In this document: positions 57,106-64,000 of the stretch, piece after piece
Layout of the letters: each line of letters starts with the position of its first letter
Numbering within the stretch: the stretch's first letter is position 1
NCBI GenBank assembly: GCA_965261735.1
Contig: OZ253470.1
Coordinates: 1,728,001 to 1,792,000, forward strand
Source: Alphaproteobacteria bacterium
GTDB lineage: Bacteria; Pseudomonadota; Alphaproteobacteria; SHVV01
DNA: 64,000 nt
Direction of reading: 5' to 3'
The notes under the pieces: model-generated
Databases searched by the model: none
Told to the model about the DNA's origin: nothing
Seen by the model: the letters and a program-made list of their open reading frames with translations, nothing else
Translations under genes and position numbers: made by a program

Positions 57106-57987
57106 CTAGTGGACGGCGGCGGCGCGCACCGCGCGGCCGACCTTGGCCACCGCTTCCTCCTCGATCTGGCGGATGCGCTCGCGCGAGACGTTGTACTTCT
57201 GGCCCAGGGTCTCGAGGGTAGGCCGGTCCTCGGCCAAGCGACGCTGACCCACGATGTCGCGCTCGCGCTCGGTCAGATTCCTGAGCGCGCCCGACAGCAG
57301 AGCGCGCCGCTTCGCGAGCTCGTCGCGCTCCGCGAGCTGCGCCTCCGGGTCCGCGGCTTCGTCGACGAGCAGGTCCTGCCACATGGCGCCCCCGTCGCCG
57401 CCCAGGGTCACATTAAGCGAGGAATCGCCGCCGCTCAGTCGGGCATTCATAGCCAGGACCTCGGCCTCGCTGGCGCCAACCTCATGGGCAATCGACGTTG
57501 CCGACTCGGCGGACATGCCGTGCTCGGCGAGCTCGCCGCGGGCCGCCTTCAGGCGTCGTAGGTTGAAGAAGAGCTTTTTCTGGCGCGCCGTGGTGGCGAG
57601 ACGAACCATCGAGGCGGAGCGCATCACGTACTCGAGAATGGCGGCGCGAATCCACCAGGTGGCGTACGTGGCGAAGCGGACGCCGCGCGCCGGCTCGAAC
57701 TTGTGCGCGGCCTGCATGAGGCCGAGGTTGCCCTGGGAGATGAGGTCGGCGAAAGGCACGTCGTAGCCGGTGAAGCCCCTGGCGATCTTGACGACGAGGC
57801 GGAGGTGGCTGCCGGTGAGCAGCTCACCGGCGCGCGCATCTTTGCGCTGGCGCCAGCGGCGCGCGAGCTCGCGCTCCCGCTCGGCGCTCAGCAGCGGGTA
57901 TTTGTCGATCCTTCGAAAGTAGCCGGACAAGCCGTCTTCCGGCGCGAGGTTCAGCACGATGGTCTTCCTCCGTGAGAGAATGCGCAT
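57106..57987 (-). CDS. Sigma-32 (RpoH)-family sigma factor, divergent paralogue
   Basis: SHLRLVVKIA, DLISQGNLGLM.A, RFATYATWWIRA, RpoH box QKKLFFNLR, SRERIRQIE. Confidence 0.88.
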   Translation of the reverse strand: MRILSRRKTIVLNLAPEDGLSGYFRRIDKYPLLSAERERELARRWRQRKDARAGELLTGSHLRLVVKIARGFTGYDVPFADLISQGNLGLMQAAHKFEPARGVRFATYATWWIRAAILEYVMRSASMVRLATTARQKKLFFNLRRLKAARGELAEHGMSAESATSIAHEVGASEAEVLAMNARLSGGDSSLNVTLGGDGGAMWQDLLVDEAADPEAQLAERDELAKRRALLSGALRNLTERERDIVGQRRLAEDRPTLETLGQKYNVSRERIRQIEEEAVAKVGRAVRAAAVH

Positions 57988-58185
57988 CGCGCGCGTTAGC
58001 CTTGCGCGACCGGCGCTCGAATTGACCCTACGCTAGCCTGAAGAGTAGGGCTCCCGCATGAATGAGTCGGGGCGCCTCTGCCTCCGTAGGTACTTAGGAA
58101 CGAACGTGGAACGTTTCAAGGGGCGCGCATCCCTTGTGCGACGGTGCGTTCGTCGCGCACCGGTTCGTGCGGAGGACGACGGGCC

Positions 58186-60558
58186 TCAACCGGGAACGGA
58201 TCGGCGGCCGGGCGCCCCCGTGATCGCGCGCCACACGCGCTCCGGCGTCGCCGGCATGTCGATGTGGGTCACCCCGAACTCGGCCAGGGAATCGACGACC
58301 GCGTTGATGACCGCGGCCGGTGCCCCGATCGTGCCGGCCTCGCCCGCGCCCTTCATGCCGAGCGCATTCGTGCGACACAGAATCTCCCGCCAGCTCGTGT
58401 CGAGCATGGGCAGGTCCGAGGCGCGCGGCATGCAGTAGTCCATGAAACTCGCCGACAGGAGCTGGCCGGCGCCGTCGTAGACGGCGTGCTCCCACAACGC
58501 CTGCCCGGCGCCCTGCGCGATACCGCCGTGGATCTGCCCGGCGAGCAACAACGGGTTGATCACGCGGCCGAAGTCATCGACGACGACATAGTCGACGATC
58601 TCGACCGCCCCGGTGTCGCGATCGACCTCGACTTCGCAAACGTGGCAGCCGTTAGGAAAGTTCGCCTCGCCGGGCGTGAACTCACCGGCACCGGTGAGCG
58701 CGCCGGGGCCTTCGCGCGCTTCGGCTCGGTAAGCCGCGGCGACCTCGAACAGTGTCACCGACCGGTCGCTGCCGACGATAGTGTAACGGCCCTCGCTGTA
58801 CTCGAGGTCCTGGGCCGCGACCTCGAGGAGATCGGCGGCGAGGTCCTTGCCCTTGGCGATGGCGTCGTCGGCCGCGCGGCTAATCGCCGTGCCGCACACC
58901 AGCACCGTGCGCGAGCCGCCTTGGCCGATGGTTTCGGTGATGTGCTCGAGGTCGGCCTGGCGCAGGTTGACGCTCTCGAACGGCACACCGAGGGCCTCGC
59001 TCAGGATCTGCGCGAACGCGGTCTCGTGCCCCTGACCCGTGGCATTGCCGCCGACGAACGCGCTCACCGTGTCGTCGTCCTCGAAACGAATCACGGCTTC
59101 CTCACCGCCGAGCAGCGGTCCCGCGCACTCATCGATGTAATACGACATGCCGATGCCGCGGAGCTTGCCGCGGCCGCGCGCCTCGCGGCGGCGCGCCTCG
59201 ATGTCGTCCCACGCGGCCGCCGTCCTGGCCTGTTTCGCGTTGCCCGCGAAATCGCCGCTGTCGAAGGTCGCGCCGGATGCGTTGGTGAAGGGCATGGCCG
59301 CGGCTGGCACGAAGTTCCGTTCGCGCAACCGGCCGGGGTCGAGGCCGAGCTCGCGCGCCGCCACGTCGATCAGGCGCTCGGCGCGATAGTTGAGCTCGGG
59401 CCGGCCGGCGCCGCGGTAGGCGTCCACGGGCACCGTGTTGGTGAAGACCCCGCGCACACGGGTATAGACGGCTGGCGTAGTGTAGACCGTGGTTTGGATA
59501 TGCTCGCCCTCGACCGTCGGGATTGCCGGCCCGAGGTTCGAGTAGTACGCCCCCATGTTGGCCGTCACCTCGGCGCGCATGCCGAGGAAGCGACCCTCGG
59601 CATCGAGGCCGAGATGCATGCGCGTGACGTGATCGCGCCCGTGCGCGTCGCTCACGAAGGCTTCGCTGCGGTCGCTGGTCCACTTGACCGGGCGCCCCAC
59701 CCGCCGCGACGCCCATAGGGTGAGCGCGTACTCCGGGTAGAGCGTGTATTTCATGCCGAAGCCGCCGCCGACGTCGCGGCTGATGACGTTTACCCGCTCC
59801 GTGGCCACGCGGAAGATGTCGCCCGCCAGCAGGCTACGCAGGATGTGCGGGCTCTGGCAGCCGACATAGAGCGTGAAGCATTGTCCCTCGGCGTTATAGT
59901 CGCCGACCGCCGCCCGCAGCTCGATTGGGTTGGCGTTGACCCTGTTGTTGACGAGGTCGACGACGACCACGCGGGCGGCCGCCTTCAGCGCGGCATCGAC
60001 CGCCTCTCGGTCACCGTTGTGCCACTCGAACGCTATGTTGCTCGGCCAGTTCTCCCAGATGCGAGGGGCGCCGTCGTCCATCGCATCTGCCGCCCCGCCG
60101 ACCGCCGGCAAGGGCTCGTAGGAAACCTCGATAAGCTCGGCCGCATCGCGCGCCTGGTCGAGCGCCTCGGCGATGACGAGCGCGACCGCATCGCCCACGT
60201 AGCGGACGCGCCCTTTGGCGAGCACGGGGCGGGAGGGAATTTTGGCGCCGGGACCGAGCACGTAGTCGCGCATCTCGCCCGTCGGATCGAAGGCCTTCGA
60301 CATGCACGGCATGTCGCCGATCCCATCGGCCTCGACGTCGGCGCCCGTAAGTACGGCAAGGACTCCCGGGGCCGCCTTGGCGGCGTTCGTGTCGGCAGCG
60401 CGGATTTCGGCGTGCGGGTAGGGCGAGCGCAGGACCTGGGCGAAGGCTTGATTCGGGAGGTTGATGTCGTCGGTGTAGGTGCCTCGCCCGGTGAGGAAGC
60501 GCGGGTCTTCACGGCGGCGGACCGGTTGCCCAATGCCGAATTTCAGCGGTGGTGCCAT
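58186..60558 (-). CDS. Xanthine dehydrogenase-family molybdopterin-binding large subunit (form II CoxL-like)
   Basis: RREDPRFLTG, DVGGGFGMK, AYRGAGRPE, GQGHET, GQIHGG, KGAGEAG. Confidence 0.92.
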   Translation of the reverse strand: MAPPLKFGIGQPVRRREDPRFLTGRGTYTDDINLPNQAFAQVLRSPYPHAEIRAADTNAAKAAPGVLAVLTGADVEADGIGDMPCMSKAFDPTGEMRDYVLGPGAKIPSRPVLAKGRVRYVGDAVALVIAEALDQARDAAELIEVSYEPLPAVGGAADAMDDGAPRIWENWPSNIAFEWHNGDREAVDAALKAAARVVVVDLVNNRVNANPIELRAAVGDYNAEGQCFTLYVGCQSPHILRSLLAGDIFRVATERVNVISRDVGGGFGMKYTLYPEYALTLWASRRVGRPVKWTSDRSEAFVSDAHGRDHVTRMHLGLDAEGRFLGMRAEVTANMGAYYSNLGPAIPTVEGEHIQTTVYTTPAVYTRVRGVFTNTVPVDAYRGAGRPELNYRAERLIDVAARELGLDPGRLRERNFVPAAAMPFTNASGATFDSGDFAGNAKQARTAAAWDDIEARRREARGRGKLRGIGMSYYIDECAGPLLGGEEAVIRFEDDDTVSAFVGGNATGQGHETAFAQILSEALGVPFESVNLRQADLEHITETIGQGGSRTVLVCGTAISRAADDAIAKGKDLAADLLEVAAQDLEYSEGRYTIVGSDRSVTLFEVAAAYRAEAREGPGALTGAGEFTPGEANFPNGCHVCEVEVDRDTGAVEIVDYVVVDDFGRVINPLLLAGQIHGGIAQGAGQALWEHAVYDGAGQLLSASFMDYCMPRASDLPMLDTSWREILCRTNALGMKGAGEAGTIGAPAAVINAVVDSLAEFGVTHIDMPATPERVWRAITGAPGRRSVPG

Positions 60559-60725
60559 CGCGGGAGCTCGGTTTCAAGCGGACTGGGCGGGCGCGCCGCC
60601 CTGTTTCGCGCGGCGATACGGCATTGCACCCGATATCAAGACGCACGACCGCCTCGCCACCGTAAGATAGGCCGCGGACCTCGCCCTTGTCGACGATCAG
60701 GTGATGTCGGAACCCATCGGCGGGG

Positions 60726-61504
60726 TCAACCCGCGGCGGTCGACCGGGAGCCCGATACCATCGGGTTCAGGTTGAAGCCGACGACCAGTCCGTCGCAAAA
60801 CAGGTCGCGTATCGCCGCCACCAGATCGAAGAACGGATCGATGTCGAGCGCGGCGGACAGGGAGGCGCCAACACTGCGGCCATCGGCCAACGCCCGGCGG
60901 ACGTCGTAAACACCGAGGTCGAGATGCCGGAAGACGACGTGCGTGCCCACTCGGCGCACTTCGAGCCGCACCCCACCTTCGTCGAGGCTCACGTGCCTGC
61001 TTGCCTCGGCTGTTGACTGATTCGCCCACCAGATTCGCGTGATCGCCATGGGGAGGCGAGGTAGTTCAGGGTCGGCTGAAGCTTGAGCGTGAGGGCCGTC
61101 AGGTCGAGGAGGCCGACACCCAACAGCGTTTCGGCAGACCGGGCCGGCAGCGTAGCGCCGTGCCGTGCCGCGTCGATCGCCCCTTCCAGCCGCGCGACGT
61201 CGGCCAGGTATGGCAGCCCCTGGCACGGCGCGAAGGTGCTAAGGAAGGTCGGAAAGGAGGCACCATCGCTTTGGCGCGCGAATTCATTTGCCGCGTACGC
61301 AAAGAACCGCGCGTCGACAAGGCGGACGACGGCCGGGAAGCTCGCCATCAGCGCATCGGTCGCGGGCGCGCGCCGGTCGCTTGCAGATGCCTGTGGGCGA
61401 GACGTCTCCGCCGCGTTCGCTGCCGCCGCGGCGCGGCGAAGTGCGCCCGGCAAAGGCGGCACCATCCGTTGAAAATGCGCCGGATATTCATACGGCGTTA
61501 TCAT
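60726..61504 (-). pseudogene. DUF2063 / BufC-HvfC-like MNIO partner protein, frameshifted
   Basis: AL..SFPAV.RLV...FF, FP.FL, LPYLADVARLE, L.L.P...LASPW then ITRIW.ANQ in another frame (1-nt loss near 61045). Confidence 0.72.
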
Positions 61505-61781
61505 GGGGTTCCTCCTTGAGCGTCGTGGCGGTGAGGATGCCGTAGGTGATTTGCCGGCAGGTGCCGGCCGGAAAGCGCAACCAGGTCTCGACCCCGCCCT
61601 GTTTGACGGCATCCCGGTTGGGGGAATTCGTTAACCCAAGTCGTTGGTCCTCGCCGGCCTTGGCGATGCCGAAGCACTTGTCTCTCATGGACCTCCGCAC
61701 GCAACCCTTGTGCCCGTTCGCGGCGGCCAAGGACAGGGCGGCCGCGAACGCGGAGGCGATCAACATCGTGGTCGTCGTCAT
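61488..61781 (-). CDS. DUF2282 / BufA1-like exported peptide lacking the two internal cysteines
   Basis: GAGGGAG RBS; signal-like ASAFAAALSLAAA; KCFGIAKAG and W...PAGTC..I..G motifs. Confidence 0.72.
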   Translation of the reverse strand: MTTTTMLIASAFAAALSLAAANGHKGCVRRSMRDKCFGIAKAGEDQRLGLTNSPNRDAVKQGGVETWLRFPAGTCRQITYGILTATTLKEEPHDNAV

Positions 61782-61869
61782 GGATGTCTCCCTCGACTGG
61801 GCCATGATCAGCGTGCTCGGGCGATCGGCCAAGGCCATTGGCGAGTGGGAACGCTTGGATGTCGTGGCT

Positions 61870-62562
61870 CTAGAGGGTACGGAGCCGGGCCGCGCCGAAG
61901 AGCACGGCGAACTCCTCGCACCAGATGCCGACGGACCGATACAGACGCGGATCGAAATCCTTCGGCAGGCGGTAGGATTGGTCGCCGGTCAGCGCCTTGC
62001 GGGCGGCAACGGTGATGTAGCCGGCCCCCTCGACCGCCGCATTGCTCGTGAGCTCGGGTGCGGGCAACAGGATGATGTTGATGTCCGGTCCGCGGTCCGA
62101 GGCGAACTCGGTGAACGTTAGCCAGTAGGTGCCGTCGGCGCCCCTGCTGATGCTGGCGGTGCCGGTCGCCCGATGACCGTGTGGGCCGTCGTAGAACGCT
62201 CCCTTCGCCACCGCCTGAGCCGCGCAGGGATTGTACGCGGCGACGGGTTTGCACGGGTTGGCCGCAGCACACGGATTGCACGGATTGGCCGCTGCTTTCG
62301 GCTTGCAGGGATTAGCCGCGCAGGGGTTGCAGGGATTGGTCGCCGCGCAGGGATTGCACGGCTTCGCGGCCGCAACCGGATTGCAGGGGTTGGTTGCGGC
62401 CGGGTTGCACGGGTTGGTCGCGGCGGCAGGATTGCACGGGTTGACCGAGGTCACAGGCCGCGCGCTTGCCGAGTTAATGCGGTCCGCACCGCTCGTGCAT
62501 GCGCCCAGGAGCGTCAGACTGGCGAGAGCCGCGCCCGTGATAGCGAGCGTGCGCAGGCTCAC
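61870..62562 (-). CDS. Lipoprotein with Cys-rich (N/K)PC repeats and a C-terminal DM13-like domain
   Basis: GTG start at the IS junction; lipobox LLGAC; 12 PC units; H.ATG.A...F....GPD..I.L...G.Q.Y.LP...D...Y.SV.IWC..F.VLFG.A. Confidence 0.8.
   Translation of the reverse strand: MSLRTLAITGAALASLTLLGACTSGADRINSASARPVTSVNPCNPAAATNPCNPAATNPCNPVAAAKPCNPCAATNPCNPCAANPCKPKAAANPCNPCAAANPCKPVAAYNPCAAQAVAKGAFYDGPHGHRATGTASISRGADGTYWLTFTEFASDRGPDINIILLPAPELTSNAAVEGAGYITVAARKALTGDQSYRLPKDFDPRLYRSVGIWCEEFAVLFGAARLRTL
62224..62442 (-). repeat. Coding tandem repeat, about 9 imperfect units of 24-27 bp encoding NPC(N/K)PxAA
   Basis: Recurring GGATTGCA(C/G)GG / GGGTTGCA(C/G)GG on the + strand. Confidence 0.9.
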
Positions 62563-63278
62563 CGTGGCTGTGGCCGTCAACGACCAAGGCCGCCGCGAGG
62601 TCCTGGGCGTGGCGATCGGCGCGTCGGAGGCCGAGACCTTCTGGACCGAGTTCCTGCGCTCGCTGGCCCGGCGCGGGCTGCGCGGCGTGAAGCTGGTGAT
62701 CTCCGACGACCACAAGGGCCTGAAGGCCGCCGCGACCCGGATCCTCGGCGCCACATGGCAGCGCTGCCGCGTGCACTTCGCCCGCAACCTGCTGGCCCAT
62801 GCCGGCCGCCAGGGCCGGCGCGTCGTCTCCGCCTTCGCCCAGGAGGACGCCGACAGCGCGAAGGTCCAGTGGCGCCAGGTCGCCGACCAGCTCAGGCCCA
62901 AGGTGCCCAAGCTGGCAGTTCTCATGGACGAAGCCGAGCACGACGTCCTCGCCTACATGAGCTTCCCCAGGGAGCACCGCCAGAAATTGCACTCCACAAA
63001 CCCGATCGAACGGCTCCATGCCGAGGTCAAGCGTCGCACCAACGTCGTCGGTATCTTTCCCAACGAAGCCGCCATCACACGGCTCGTCGGCGCCATCCTT
63101 CTCGAGCAGAACGACGAGTGGGCCGTCTCAAGGAGATACATGACGCTGGAATCCATCGCTCCGCTGAGCGATGGTGTCCCCATCACGCTGCCCACCGTGG
63201 CAGCCTGAACGTCCCGGCCCTACCCGCCGGGAGCCGCGTAGAGCGCAACGCTCTTACACCACTCCGCGGGACACGATC
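62561..63278 (+). mobile_element. IS256 type 2, copy 3: 3' half only
   Basis: Matches copy 2 from ACCGTGGCTGTGGCC to the IR ...GGGACACGATC; 5' half and other IR absent. Confidence 0.93.
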
Positions 63279-63980
63279 CCGCAGGACTACAGCGAGGCGG
63301 TGAAGTGGTTTCGCTTGGCGGCGGTCCAAGGTGGAACCGGCGCCCAAAATAACCTGGGCAACATGTACTACTATGGCCGAGGCGTGGCGCAGGACTTTGC
63401 CGAGGCCGCGAAGTGTTATCGCAAGGCGGCAGATCAGAACTGGCCCATCGCCCAAAAGAACCTCGGGGAAATGTACCGTGATGGCCGAGGCGTGCCGCAG
63501 AACTACGCCGTGGCCGCGACATGGTTCAAGCACGCCGCTGGGCAGGGTGACGCCATCGCCGAAACCAACCTCGGTGTCTTGTACGCCAATGGCCGAGGCG
63601 TGCCGCAGAGTGACGCCGAGGCGTTGAAATGGTATCGCAAGGCAGCCGTGCAGGGCCAAGCCTCGGCTCAGTACAACCTCGGCAATATGTACCGCGAAGG
63701 CCGCGGCGTGCCGCAGGACGACGCGGAGGCCGCGAAGAGGCGGCGGAGCAGAATCGGGCCAGCGGCCAAGAAAACCTCGGCGTCTCTTATGCCGAAGGCC
63801 GAGGTGTTCCGCAGGATTACGTACAGGCCCTCATGTGGCTTAACCTGGCAGCAGAGCAGGACAAAGACGCGGTCAAGAACCGCGATGATCTTGCAAAACG
63901 AGCGACTCCCGAACAGATCGCCGAGGCGCAGCGTCTTGCCCGCGAGTGGATCGCAGCGTTCGAGAAGCGGAAGAATAATC
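63279..63980 (+). pseudogene. Sel1-repeat protein, 5'-truncated, frameshifted and 3'-interrupted
   Basis: Repeated AQ.NLG.MY..GRGV.QD..EA.KW.R.AA.QG; frame change near 63737; TPEQIAEAQRLAREW cap; IS at both ends. Confidence 0.88.
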
Positions 63981-64000
63981 CTTGCCTATCCGGTTTACAC
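63981..64000 (+). mobile_element. Left end of a third type-2 IS1595 copy
   Basis: CTTGCCTATCCGGTTTACAC identical to 17856-17875. Confidence 0.8.

Noticed and set aside
58186-60558. Aerobic CO dehydrogenase
   Set aside because: Active-site loop is AYRGAGR, not the form I AYxCSFR, and no coxM/coxS genes are adjacent.
62224-62442. Possible CRISPR array
   Set aside because: Units are 24-27 bp, degenerate, codon-phased, with no unique spacers and no cas genes.
62231-63208. 325-aa plus-strand ORF with GLQGL/GLHGL repeats fused to a transposase C-terminus
   Set aside because: It is the antisense reading of the NPC repeats running by chance in frame into the IS256 fragment; the minus strand has the lipobox and DM13 motifs.

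Overview
GC-rich alphaproteobacterial chromosome segment (Rhodospirillales-like gene order). Intact housekeeping blocks are ruvB-tolQRAB-pal-cpoB-tilS-ftsH-folP-glmM-thiD, rnd-kdsD-lptCAB-rpoN, fzlA-queG and thrS-infC-rpmI-rplT-pheST-lepA, plus tRNA-Leu(CAG) and tRNA-Ser(GGA). About 12 kb (roughly 19%) is insertion sequence (IS1595, IS256, IS1182, ISKra4-like), several copies nested or near-identical with readable target-site duplications (TSDs). Many accessory genes are broken while core genes are not, suggesting early genome erosion. Two loci stand out. (1) 60726-62562: a lipoprotein with 12 Cys in (N/K)PC repeats fused to a DM13-like domain, followed by a DUF2282/BufA1-like peptide lacking the two internal Cys that are normally modified and a frameshifted DUF2063/BufC-like gene, with no DUF692 enzyme. 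(2) 25597-28026: a translationally coupled three-gene RelE-like toxin / tailed HTH antitoxin / DUF6941-like module whose toxin is split by an IS1595. Family names are from motif recognition only; no searches were run.
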